Shown piece by piece: positions 11,846-24,618 of a stretch of 64,000 nt of DNA (position 1 is the first letter of the stretch; the number at the start of each line of letters is the position of its first letter). Under the pieces are notes generated by a model. It ran no database searches. It had not been told where the DNA came from and was given only the letters and a program-made list of their open reading frames with translations. The DNA is taken from NCBI GenBank assembly GCA_030390025.1, contig CM059438.1, forward strand, positions 82,770,001-82,834,000. The letters run 5' to 3'. The position numbers and the translations under genes are program-made. Source of the stretch: Squalus acanthias. Taxonomy: Eukaryota.

Positions 11846-14798
11846 ACATCTTAAGGAGCAAGGGCTACAGAGAAGATTGGTACAAAAAGGGAAAAAAGAT
11901 AATCTCTTGTTAATTGTGCCATTAACACACTTTAATAAGCAAAATAATGAGCAGTAACATCACAGTAAGTCTCACTTTAAAGTACAGCAGGTGGGCTCCA
12001 AATATATTTCATCTGTATGATTTGAAGCATGCATTTTAGCTTCTCATTTCATCTTCAATCTGCGTTATTTCTTTAAAAATGCACAACCGCCTGCAGTCCT
12101 CTTTAATATTTAATTCAACAACTTTTTAATCTGTCATTACTCCGTGATGAAGTAAGCATCAAGTGTCACAAAAGAAGATTAAATTATACTTGGAAATAGG
12201 AATTGAAGTGATTTAGTGGTTGTGGGCTGAATATTTGTTTTGCTCAAGTAATAATGGTAGTTTGGGCGAAAGGGGGTTTCTTGGTGTTTTATATGCCGAC
12301 ACAGAGCTGTGCGGTACTCCCTTGTGGCTGGCCTTCATTTACACAAGCACAACAGAGCTTTCCTTTATTTAAATAGAGGTGGATGTTGAAGTGAGTAAAG
12401 AACATTACATTAATTGTGCTGAAATTTTTCTCCGAAGCAGTTGTGATTTCTGTAAGCATTCAATTTTTTTTTAAATTGCAGCCATTTGCACATTGTCTCA
12501 GGCTTTTTATATTATTGTAATTCAAAAGCCGAGGCTGCTTTTAAGGAATTTGGATGCAGAAACAGTAATTTGTAAAAAAAAAAAGAAATTGTTACGCCAA
12601 AGATATCTATTTTTACCATAAATGTTCAAGCGATAATTGCCCTGTATTGTTTCATCACAAGTTGTTGAAATTAAGTTAAGGTGGAACAATGGTGCAGCAC
12701 ATTGGTGCCCTGTTGTACTGTGCTGCAGAGAAATATGATGCTAGTTTGTGCCCACAGACATGTTGAGTTACCAATCAGTGCTGTTGTCTCAGTGGAGGTC
12801 AGGCAGATCCCTGGAAGGAAGGACAGTCATTCTGGACTGCTCTTGGGCATCTCCAAGTGGCTGGTTTCAGAACTGCATTAGCAGAGGTCCAGGAGCATGG
12901 CATCTGCTGCTTTCTCTGCTTGGTTGGCACAGGACATGGGAAAACCCAGGAAAAAGGGGGAGAAAATACACTTCAAAACAAAACATCTAGGAGTTTTCCT
13001 TTAATATTTTGGGGAAAAAACAGGCCTGTTTGTGCAGTTAAAGTTTTCCTTACCTCTCCCATGATACTCAGATGTGTTGACTGGGTAATCGTAAAACACT
13101 GACTATAAGTTATATTTGTTGTGTTTGATTTGGTTAGAAGTGTGCAAAGTGTGTGATTATTGTGGTTTTATTAATAAAGTGTGTCGCTTGTTCCATAATT
13201 TATAATTACCGATAACATCTAAATATATACCCCTTGGTATAAATGGACCAAACCAAAGAATGCAGTTTACCCCAATGATAATTAAAAGCTGCTTCTTATC
13301 GACCCCTCCTCTGATCCTTTTGGAAAGATATAGTTAGTGTGATGGCTACCAGGCCAACAGAAACATTGTATCATCTGATGCAGATGGCCCTTGACTTCCA
13401 CCTACAGAATCTCACTGAATGCCATCAGCTAACTAGACATTCTCATTTTTTTTTGGATGATTTGAAATCATCTATTTCCTTTTAGGCTGTATCAGGGGGC
13501 AGTTTGATGGCTGCCAGTCACCAGGCCTTTGTCCAAGCTGACAGCCAGAGAGAGTGCAAAAACAGGTTGGGGACTCTTCTCAATAAGGTGGCATCTTGCT
13601 TCTGCTCAGTGCTTCTCTTCAACAGCATGGCTGAGATCAGGAGATCTGTACTGTCTAATTAAAAATATACAGCCTTTTTATTTTGTACAACAGCTGCTTC
13701 TCACTATGATATTTCATAATAATCCAGATCATGTGATAATGTAATCACCTACAAATATGGAGTTGCAAATCTATATTTTCACTTGTGGCAAGTACTCTCA
13801 TTTCCAGCATTACATGTTATATAGGCTTCTGAAATATGAACTTTCACTGAGGGTGGCATTCTTAATGGTGTACCATGCTAACAAGCTGCCTTATAAAGTT
13901 ACAAACAGATCACACATTACTTGCTTCCACAAATGACTGAAGTATCTTCACTTGCAAATGCATACCTCACTTCTTGGTTGGGTACAGTGTGTCTCACAGG
14001 GAAACATTCCCCAGACTCCGAGGTAATTCTTTTGTTGTGTGGGACCATTTTCATTGACCCAGATGGGAAACCTTATTTCTTAGTTTGCTGCAACTTTCCA
14101 ATAACCAAATTTAACACTTGCAGTATAGTCACACCACTCAGTTATTTGGTGCTGTCAGAGCAGTCACCTGTATTTGGACAGATGGGTCATGGAGGTGTTC
14201 ACTAGTGCATTGTACAGTAGTGTCTTTTTGCTGAGCACTTTATACAGTAGCACAAAAAATGCTGAAGCAGACATAAATTATTGCTGCAGAGTTTTGAAGC
14301 AACAATATTAATGCCCTTTGTGCAAAAACCAGATTCATTCAGGCCATGCAGAATAATGGATGGCCGGGGAACGTTACATTTGGAATAATGGATATTCAGG
14401 GGTGAATTACAAATGCATAAGCGATCCCCAGTTGGTTTTTGGTTTGCCACTTGTGCTTGGACAAGCCTCAAACTAGTGAGAGACTCTGTATGTGTCTCGA
14501 ATTCACCTCCTGACCATTCGTTAATTTAGAGTAACATACAACAAGTACTTCCAACCCCCCTCTTCATTCATGCAAAGTGCCTGGTGTTCCTTGAGGAGGG
14601 CACTGGTAACAAACAGTGGGTGATCTCTGAAATGCAGTAACACAACATTCAGGACAATAATATGTATATTCCAATAACCGTGCATGCAATTTGCAGGGGC
14701 ATTGTATTCAGAAAATCCAGTGGGACAAAATATCTCTTGTAATGGGTTTATCGCTCTTGTATTAGGCTTATTGTCTGCACTGCTTTGGGATGGTATGT

Positions 14799-15801
14799 TC
14801 TTCTTCTTAGGCAGTCTCTCGGAACCGAGGGTGACTTGCTTCCACATTAAAAATGAGTTCGCAGGTGACTGATGAGTCCAATGCGGGACCTACAGTCTCT
14901 GTCACAGGTGGAGCAGATGGTGGTTGAAGGGGCGGGTGGGTGGGGTGCTTGAGTTGACGTGCGCTCCTTGCGCTGCCTGCGCTTGGCTTCCGCTTGCTCC
15001 CGGCGAAGAGATTCGAGGTGTTCGGCGCCTTCCCGGATGCTTCTCCTCCACTTTATGCGGTCTTGGGCCAGGGATTCCTAGGTGTCGGTGGGGATGTTCC
15101 ACTTTTTCAAGGAGGCTTTGAGGGTGTCCTTGAAGCGTTTCCTCTGCCCACCTGGGGCTCTGTTGCCGTGCCGGAGCTCCGAGTAGAGCGCTTGTTTTGG
15201 GAGTCTCGTATCGGGCATGCGGACAATGTGACCCGTCCATCGGAGCTGATCGAGCGTGGTCAAAGCTTCGATGCTGGGGATGTTGGCCTGAGCAAGAACA
15301 CTGACGTTGGTGCACCTATCCTGCCAATGGATTTGCAGGATCTTGCGGAGGCAGCGTTGGTGGTACCTCTCCAGTGCTTTGAGGTGCCTGCTGTACATGG
15401 TCCATGTCTCTGAGGCATACAGCAGGACGGGTATCACTGCTGCTCTGTAGACCATGAGCTTAGTGCTGGGTTTGAGGTCCTGGTCTTCAAACACTCTCTT
15501 CCTCAGGCGACCGAAGGCTGCACTGGCACACTGAAGGCGGTGTTGGACTTCGTCGTCGACATCTGCCTTTGTTGACAGTAGGCTTCCGAGGTATGGAAAG
15601 TGGTCCATGTTGTCCAAGGCCTTGTCGTGGATTTTGATAATCGGGGGGCAGTACTGTGTGGCGGGGGCAGGTTGGTAGAGGACCTTTTGTCTTACGGATG
15701 TTTAATGTAAGGCCCATGCTCTCGTACGCTTCGGTGAAGGTGTTGACGATGGTTTGGAGTTCGACCTCCGAGTGAGCGCAGACGCAAGCGTCGTCTGCAT
15801 A
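14799..15801 (-). mobile_element. RTE-clade LINE, 5'-truncated at the YADD motif
   Basis: YADDACVCAHSE, FPYLGSLLS, LLYASETWT, LRWTGHIVRMPDTRLPKQALYSEL and GGQRKRFKD. The 3' end has an (AAG)n tail at about 14798-14808. CpG-rich, so relatively young. Confidence 0.93.
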
Positions 15802-15950
15802 ATATCTGACAGCTAGGGCAGATTGCAAGTTTTTTGGGGACTAGCATGTACCAAAGTGGCATAAGCAGGAGTATGTGTACTCCTGCTTATACCACTTTGG
15901 TACATGCTAGTCCCCAAAAAACTTGCAATCTGCCCTAGCTGTCAGATATT
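15801..15950. repeat. Near-perfect palindrome: 73-bp arms, 4-nt loop, 1 mismatch
   Basis: 15801-15873 is the reverse complement of 15878-15950 except at position 15860. Confidence 0.97.
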
Positions 15951-17890
15951 TTATGTAACGTAATAGATAAATATATATTACATTGACAGCATGCACCAAA
16001 TTCCAGGTTTTACTTAGATGTGCTATACAGTAGCATGTGAATGGATTGTCATAATAAGACTAGGCAGGTGAACAGACAGTGACAGTGTTTGCAATTAAAA
16101 ACAATGGATGAATACCACGAGAAGGGATAAATTATAGGTTGATTTCAGTATGTCTTATGATGTGAAAACCTGAAGATTGAATGTTTTGTTGATTTCCTCT
16201 TGTTTTCAGAAAACACAGGAATATTTTGCATGCAATATCTGTCAGCATGTATAGTTTTATAGACGAGCCCCAAATCAGGTAATATGACTCAGTTTATAAT
16301 TTCAGATTACAGGAAAGTGGCGATTGCATGCAGGGTGTTAATTTTCATTCTGATTCTAGTCAATTGTTATATTTAAAAAAAAAAGTTAAAAAAAAAAGTC
16401 CCAACCCAGAAATCTGTGTTGACCTCGGCTGACCTTTGATAGGTATGATTAATCAGGTAATAGTTTCTGGAGTGTTTGATTATCTAATGGCGTGCCCATT
16501 TAGGTAGATGTTTGTCATCACTAGTCCATTCAATTTGCAGCAGGAAGCAAACGACTTCCTTTAAGCCAAGTAAGCTTCCAGGGTTAAAGTAAATGCACAT
16601 CTTTGTACAAGAATAAATAAAAAGAGCAAGCTGAGTCAATAAGCTGGTTCAGTTCGTGCCTACAGCAATGGAGGACAGCTCATTCTGTAGATGTGGGTGT
16701 TTTGTTTACATTTATAATGCAGCTTTATTTAATGCTGACAGATATAGCTTGTGGCAAATGTTAGTCAGAACATATGAGCAGTCATAATGCTTCTGTCATC
16801 TTATAGTGTGCTTTAGAAAATAAGCAGTTCACATCAGTTTCATTGAGGAAAAGATACAAGACAGCATCAGCTCTATGGAGCCATTTATCGAGTTGTTTTA
16901 CAAGTTGTGAATATGGCATTTTACAGCGTCAGTGGAAATAGTCTTTGCTTGTGTCTGTGTATCTGAGTGGGGATGGGCGAGAAGGAGTTATATGAAGAGA
17001 ATAAAAGGAGGCATACAAATCCAAATCACATTTAAAAAGTGCCTGTAGAGATTGTGATTTAAATGGTGGGATGGTGGGGGGTCCAAACTCGCAGATCAAA
17101 GCCTTATGGTACTGTATCTGAAAACTCGCAATTTGAACAACTGAATCTGGCTGAAAAAATGACTTGTACAGGAAGTTTATTATCTCTTTGTATAATATTT
17201 CAGCCATGTACTCCAGTATATAGGGAATCCATACATCTCAAACTTACCAGTCATGCAGTGGTAATTTAAAAAAATCTTGTATGTTACAGCAAAATGCAGC
17301 CTTCGAGCCATTGAATTCATTAACCTGCTGCCTAATTAGCTTTTCTGGTTTGATTACTGGCAGGGTATTGAGTATGAACCTGATGCTGTTGTGTCACCAT
17401 TCGAACACTGACTAGAGTAGAGGAGGGCTTCATTTAAATGTCTACTGGTATGAATTACATAAAGAAGCCATGTAATAAGGTTTCACTCTCTGCACTCAGG
17501 CAAGTGTTAGTGGCATTTGATGTTCAGCTGTAATTAAATAGTGACTACAAATTAGCTTACAGGTTTATTTAAAAGTATATATGCAAAGGACAGCTGATGC
17601 TAAATTATTAAAACAATTTTATAGAGCTTTAGTTTAAGATCATTCATTGACTCTACTGGACACAGACCCACATGTAATTGGGCTGAACATGACCTTGATA
17701 AGATGTGCCAGAGGTGATTGAGAAAGAAAGAGGAATATGTTAATTTGGTTATAGAGTGGGAACTTGGAAACTGACCTCTACCTGGAACCTCAGTGAATCT
17801 GACTTGATGGTAACCTTTAACTAGAAGAGCAGTGAAAATTTGATTACTTTACCAGTCCCTTCGGCCAGCTAGATGGCTTGGCTTGTTTTT

Positions 17891-17957
17891 GGATATTCCA
17901 AGATGTGAGTTTCGGATATTCCAAGATGTGAGTTTCGGATATTCCAAGATGTGAGTT
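17891..17957. repeat. Perfect tandem repeat, 23-bp unit x2.9
   Basis: ggatattccaagatgtgagtttc starts at 17891, 17914 and 17937. Confidence 0.97.
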
Positions 17958-19249
17958 GACAGTCTCACCTGAAGATTCCTTCTCCTCGTTGAATTACCTT
18001 GGGTCTTTTTTGTTGAGTACTATAGCTACTTTTACATTGGGTTTAGTGGGGTGTTATGCCACTCCACTGACTCCCAATGCAGCTGGCAGCAATCCTGGAG
18101 TAAATTTACCGGATTATCTAAGGAAGACCTAGTTAAAAAATGGCAAGTTTGCTTTGCCATTGATTGCACAAGACCCTTGCATTGATTGCGGGCTGGCCAT
18201 GCCAACACCTCACTGTTGCGAAAAGGTCATTTAAACTTATTAGTAATCAAACTAAAGATCCTGCAATGTCTTGTTTCCTTTAACATGTATTAAAAAAATG
18301 TTGTTAGTAGAGTGAAAAATGAGTTGGCGATGCAGTTTGTAGCTTTAATTGCAGAAACTCTTCAGCAGCATTGTCCTGTCTGAAAATGATTTCAATCAGG
18401 TCATTTAGAGTTCAAGATCTTACTGTTTGTTCTTTTCCTGTCTTCTGATCTTTACTCTGAGGTGTGTAACCTGGGTACAATTTTTCTGCTGGTGAAAGTT
18501 GTGCTGTTGATGACAATGCTAAAAATGGGCTACTGCTGTGTTCCAATCTTTCCCTTTCTCTCAGTGGGGTGCTGCTTTGCAGCTTAGGGAAGAGGCAGAC
18601 CTAAAGGATTAACGGCCATCCGCTAATTTTTGCTACTTTTGTTTAGTCTAAGTGCTGGTGAAAATAGTAGCTTGACACATCTGGTGCTATCCAGAAAATG
18701 ATCTTCCTCGGCCTAGGAAGCCACGATTCTGCTCTCGAGTTCTATCCTGAATGGGGCAAATGGCAGTTGTGACTGGAATAAAGTTATCTATAAAGAGACA
18801 TTGTTATTGGTTCTGGCACAATTGGTGGTATATCCACTACGGCCTACATTGGGTAAATTTGATTCTCAGGACCTCCCCATGTGGAGATTGATAATTTAAT
18901 CACTTTTGCCCTCTTCCCAACTAATGTAACTTGTGTGGCATTTGAAATTTAATGTTTTAGTTGATGCATAAAGAAAAGTTTTAACAGTTTAAGTATAAAA
19001 AAACTGCAATTAGTTTTACTTTAATTGAAGGCTTTTGTAATGTTGTGAGCAACAGATGCATTCTTGTTGGACCTGTTCATAACCCACTCAACTCAAACCT
19101 TTTTTTGATATGTTTGAAAAAGCTTTATAAATGAGTATGAGCAAATATACAAAGATTCCCAGTATATTTATGCATATTAGAACGAGTGTACAGTAACTAG
19201 TATACATGCTTTCAGATTCACTCATTTTCAGACATGATTTGTTGCAGCA

Positions 19250-19860
19250 AGTGATTTGTTATCTCTCAGCTCCATTCAGAAACTGGTATTTGCCATTCAG
19301 GTATCTTTCACACACTGTTGGGGTTTGTCCAATCTTGATTGATTCGGGGGAGTCCCATGTATTTTTCTTTTGATGTGATTGGGATTGCTTCCCATAACCC
19401 CCTGCACCTGCACCGTATAAAGGCCCAGGGCCTCGAATAGCCCATTTCTTTTGGCCTAGTTTTGAGAAGTTTATCCAAGTTGCCAGCATTGCTTTTATTC
19501 GACTTGTAAGAGCCAGGCTCTACAATTTTTTTAGGGAGCGCCAAGTACAATTTTTAGCTCTTTTATGTGCTTGGTTGTTCTTTTTTAAATCTGTCATATC
19601 CTTTTTTTTGGTTGTTGATTATTTGCGTGTGAACTCTGTGAAGCTCGACTCCTTTTGTTTTAGCTCCCAAACACTTGTCTTTTTCACTAATCTGGCAAAA
19701 TTGCCCATTTTGGGCACAGAATCCACTGTTCTCAAAGTCTCCCATAAAGTGCTTTGTCAGTAAAGCAACAAATATCTGTGAGATTCTCAGGCATACGATT
19801 GGTGCATCCCAATGGTGGATGTTCCCTCCGCCCTCCACCCCAAGATACAGCTTGGTACCT
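19250..19860 (-). mobile_element. Probable highly decayed Gypsy LTR-retrotransposon pol remnant (RT end, connection, RNase H start)
   Basis: Across frameshifts on the minus strand, in order: PENLTDICCF, ARLVKKTSVWELKQKESSFTEF, a GAGGYG segment and FLNGAER. This resembles Gypsy P.N..ELR.F / L.KK...W.W...Q..SF.EL / DAS.YG.GAVL / SR.L..AERNY. Confidence 0.45.
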
Positions 19861-21936
19861 TAACCAAAGATAACAAATTTAGAGCTTAATACTCTGACTT
19901 TGAAGAAGGAAGCTGTCTCTAGAATGAAAGCACAAGAGAATTCCTTTGGATACACTTTTTTGGTCCTTGCTGTTATTTACCCAAGTTCTTTCAAAAACAA
20001 TTCTATGTGCTACCTGGGAGAAATCTTTGTTTTATTGGTTACACCCAGTAAGCAATATATTCTATAGTCTGTGAAAGAGTTAAACTTCCTTACATCCTGC
20101 CGATCTCAGGTTCCAGGTGTATAAGACCTTTCACCTAGCCAAATAAATCAAAATAAAAACATGCATTTAATTTACAAAGGAATTATCAATATTAAACGAT
20201 AACTAAGAGACTGTGGTGGACTGGGATCTATTGCAACTCAGATTCATTGCAGTGAGTACATGTATCTGATTCAAGACTTTGAGGTAGAGAGATGTGGCTG
20301 CTCCTATTGTTTGAAAAGACCTAAATGGTCCATTTTCTGTTTCAGATAGACATGAAAAATGTTACAACTTGTGTATTACTAACGCAAATGTCCAGTTGTT
20401 AAAATTGTATCAGCTTGTACATCAGATTTGCAGCCTAGAATTAACAAAATGACAGACCTAAAACAAAGCAATGTGTTGTCATTGGTGGGTGGGGAGGGGG
20501 GTGCGCAACTCCCACGCCAAAAGGGTGCAACGAAACCTGTTGTTTAAACAGTCCACGTGGCACATCAGTTGCTTAGTATTTTGGGTAATACACCTGGCTT
20601 ACATCATTTTCTGATGTTTGTCCACGGAAACGTGGTCCACATTTGGGCAGACAATACCTTTGTTTACATCGTTGAGTGTGGGGGTGCTGGGGGGAAAGTT
20701 TCATTATGTCGGGATGCAATATGGTTGACCTGTTGATGCCTGGCGTAAAGAATGTCTCTTGGCTCTTCACTTGGCAGGACCATACAACTTGGGATCCTCA
20801 GCCACTTTAATATCCATCCACATGAGTGAATGATTCTACCTCAGCTAAGTTAAGGAATATTCTGCAAATAGAAGTGGCTGGCGATCAACCTGTTTAGATC
20901 CCCAGCAAATCATTAGCTTCCCTGACTCTGCTTCAGGAGAGAAGATGCATCCGTGTGGAAGTGGGACAGACTCCTTTGCGTGGATTCTGTGTGGAGAGGC
21001 TGAATACTTTGATGATATTTAACAGTATCACCTTCAAGACCAAGGTATTCCCTTGTTGGTGGAGTTCCAGGAAAACTTCTACTAATCAGGTTTATAAGGG
21101 CCAATTTTATGAGACTCCACTGGAAGATTTAGAAAATTGGGCCCCATCCTCACGCACCCACATCTGTATGCCGCATTTTACAGTGTGTTTTTTTTTTGAG
21201 GCCAGATCAGGCTGCGCTGCGGGTAAGCACAAACCTCATTCCCCATGGAAATTTATTTAAATCATGTCCCTCCAGTGTTCCCCTCACCCAAATAAAATGG
21301 GCACATTGGTAATCCTGGGACCTGGTGTGTTCAAGTAGATTCTTAAAGGGAAATTATTGTTCCCCAGTTGTTAGAAGTTTTAATTTTTTTAATGTTTGCA
21401 GTTAGATTTTGGTGCACTTTGCTTCATACCAGTTGATTTTGTTGGCGAGGCTCTCATTTTTACATTCATTGAGTTTTTCCTTGCCAGTAATTTCCATTTC
21501 CTTGGTTACTGCCACCATTTAAATCACACCATGCAAGGTGGTGAGCATGGCTATTCTTTACTGCATGATTTAGGCAAGCACGAGAAGTTCATGAGAGGCT
21601 AATGCATAAAGATGTAATAACATCTGAAGCATTTTGGCCGCACCTGTCAACACCCCAAGACAGATGTTTAAAATCTCTTCCACATGTAACTGGCCATGTC
21701 AGAAGAGAACTGTCTTTGCCACCCTTGCTTTAAAGAGAGGCTGTTACAGAGTTGTGCGATTTGATGCAGGATACTTGCAGATAAAATCTGGAACAGGGAT
21801 GACCACTTCCACAGCAGTATAGGTTACTACAGAATGAAGCTTTCATGTTATCGAACCGTTTCAAGATACCGTAGGGGTCATATGTCAGATCAGCCATCTG
21901 CAGTGCACGCAGGTATTGAGCAAGTGACAAATGCCA

Positions 21937-22235
21937 TGTGACGTAAGAAAACTACTAGGCACTTGGTCTTAGCGTTAAACAAAGCTTTAATCAACTGTTT
22001 TTCAACATGGAGATCTAGTGTGTCCTTCACTAGTTCCTGTTGAGGAATGTCCTAAGCAAGCTGGGCCCATGCCCGCATATTTATATTCTCCCTGGACAGC
22101 GCCACCAGCAGGCCGCCCAGTATTACTTCATACATGAATGACAAGATTCATGTCACCATGTTTGTCAGGTCCAACACCTTCGTCATTTTCCTGGTAGAAA
22201 GGAGACACAAGTTGCCCACAGCCCACATTACTACA
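21937..22235 (-). mobile_element. Possible solo LTR (about 300 bp)
   Basis: TG...CA termini (minus strand TGTAGTAA...TTACGTCACA), with TATAAAT followed by ATTAAA on the minus strand. No clear TSD. Confidence 0.3.
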
Positions 22236-22504
22236 GAAATAATACTATGTACATAAATGGTCATTATATAGGAAGCAGCCATAATTCCTTCATTACGTGG
22301 CAGTCCAAGGTTCTTGCATTATTTGAAGGAAATAAAGCACTTGGTGGAAAGCTTTGTAACACCAGGGCTATCCTCTGAGATCATGACTGCTGACTGCACT
22401 GAGAAACAAACCCCTCAACAGCAGAGGAGTACCTTGCACTGGAACTGTGGGCAGCTGCCTGTTGTTCATCGGCAGCCACCACCACCTGGCTGAAAAGTTA
22501 AAAA

Positions 22505-23375
22505 GGAGTTTCTCAGGGCAGCGTCCTAGGTCCATCTATCTTCAGCTGCTTCATCAATGAACTTTGCTTCATTCGCAATTCGTCAGATAATGAAGCAGTC
22601 CATGCCTGCAAGCAGCAAGATCTGGACAACATCCAGGTTTGGGCTGTTGTGGCAAGTAACATTGGCACCACACAAGTGTCTGGTAGTGATCTTCTCCAAG
22701 AAGAGAGAACATAACCACCTCCCCATGACATTCAGTGGCATTACCATCGCCGAGTCCCCCACCATTAATATCCTGGAGGTTACCATTAACCAGAAACTGA
22801 ACTGGACCAGCCACATAAATGCCATGGCTGCTAGAGCAGTTCAGAGGCTGGGTATTCTGCGATGAGTAGCTCACCTTCTGACTCCCCTACGCCTCTTCAC
22901 AAGGCATGTCAGGAGTGTGATGAAATACTCTATACTTGCCTGGATGGGTGCAGCTCCAGCTACACTCAAGAGGCGCGACACTAGGACAAAGCAGTCCGCT
23001 TGATTGGCACCCCATGTACTGGCTTAAACATCGATTATCGACATACCGTGATTGCAGTGTGTAATTTCTACAGGAGGCACGGCAGCAACTCGCCAAGCCT
23101 TCAGCAGTACCTCCCAAACTCACGACCTCCGCCACCTAGAAGGACAAGGGCAGCGGGGGTTCATGGGAGCACCATGACCTCCAAGTCACACACCATCCTG
23201 ACTGAGACATAACATCGCTGGGAACTCCCTACCTGACAGTATTGTGGGAGCATCTTCACCCCACAGACTGCAGCGGTTCAAGAAGCCCCGCCACCACCTT
23301 CTGAAGGGCAACTTGGGATGGGCAATTATTGCCACCCTTGCCAGCGATGCCCACATCCTGATAATGAATTTTTAA
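22505..23375 (+). mobile_element. CR1-group LINE (second family), RT to 3' end, decayed
   Basis: Begins GV.QGSVLGPSIFSCFIN, followed by WQVTLAPHKC and KLNWTSHIN. The 3' part is homologous to 6787-7203. Confidence 0.8.
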
Positions 23376-23944
23376 CAAATTAAGTTGGGGGAATGAGTTT
23401 CCCTTCACGGTCACATTGCTTAGTTGGCTACTGGAGCCTTTATCTCTGAAAGTGTCTCAGTAGGAGGCTATGGGGGGTGGGAGGCACTGTTCGTCAGGTA
23501 CTGCAAGAATTATTCATCACATTGGGCAGCACTGGTCCAGTATGTTCAACGGCAGTCATGGAGTGGTGGTCCAGGACATGCGAGTGTGGGTTGCCTAACA
23601 CATAGGAAGATGCTGGCAGGGCTGTTATTTAGATTAATTATTAAACACTCATGTCTGCTTAAAACACTTTGCATTTAAAAGTACTGGAGCGATGCTTCCC
23701 TCACTAATCACTCAGAGAATGCAATATAATGCCGATGTTACTGGTATTTTTAGAAAGAAGACACTGGGGCCATTGGGAGAGGGAGAAGGTTAGCTGAAGC
23801 AAATTTAATATTTAAAAATAATAATTAACTACTACATACACCAGATACCCAGAAGCAGGTGGGTAATAATGAATGGGACCAGGAGCCCTGGAAGGGAAAA
23901 AATATGTAAAAAGCATTTTAAAAATCATGTAAGTGAAGTTACTA

Positions 23945-24618
23945 CTACTACTTTGTATGGCTGATGTAGATGTCGAGCAACAACTATCATTTTACATTTC
24001 GGTGGTTAAGCCAGATAAGTGCAGCATGAGGAGTGGAGTGTATTGCTGTGATGCCTCCTTCGTATTTGTGAATGGGGCATTGAGTCGTTATATGTTCCGT
24101 GGTCTGTTCTGGGTGACCACGGTCGCACACTGGAGAGCTTTTAATTCTCCATTTGTGCATCAAGTATCCACATCTGCCACGGTTTGTGCGGATGCGGTTG
24201 AGGGTTGCCCATAAGCCGGGGATCTTCCGCGTCAGGTCTTTCACGAGGTGTTTGTTTGTGACTTCTTGTGGACTCCATTCGGCTTTCCAAGCATCATTTG
24301 GGTTGAAGCAGCATTGTCGAAGGTTGAGCGTGTGGATCCAAAAGGGCTTGCGCGACTTCGAGCGGTGGTGAGGGTCGTTGTTGAGATCCTGGTGGATAGG
24401 GAGATGTTTGTTTTCCACGATTCGCTGAACTTCTCGGAGGGTTGCGGCATCGTGGCGAGCGATGTGCGACAGCACGGGCAGCCAGGCTGTTGGGGTCGAC
24501 TTGAGGGTTCCAGTGTTCAGTTGGACATCAACAAGTCGAATGTGGCTACTTCTGGTCCATACTTGGCTACGAAGTACCCAAGGACCATCGCTGATGTCCG
24601 TAGCACTGATAGTTACAC
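23945..24618 (-). mobile_element. Vingi/Ingi-like (I-group) LINE 3' fragment with a 13-bp TSD
   Basis: TSD agtgaagttacta at 23932-23944 and 24619-24631, with a (TAG)n tail. Minus-strand translation TGTLKSTPTAWLPVLSHIA...WATLNRIRTNRGRCGYLMHKW..SPVCDRGHPEQTTEHITTQCP is a degenerate CCHC knuckle. Confidence 0.8.

Noticed and set aside
15801-15950. Palindrome as a miRNA precursor, hammerhead or MITE
   Set aside because: There is no CUGANGA/GAAA core and no TSD around the palindrome itself. Its position at the RTE junction and the gtatgt duplication explain it better.
17891-17957. CRISPR-like direct repeats
   Set aside because: The units are contiguous with no spacers, there are no cas genes, and the context is a vertebrate intron.
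20790-20915. Short inverted repeat cagccactt / aagtggctg
   Set aside because: The arms are only 9 bp with a long spacer, compatible with chance.
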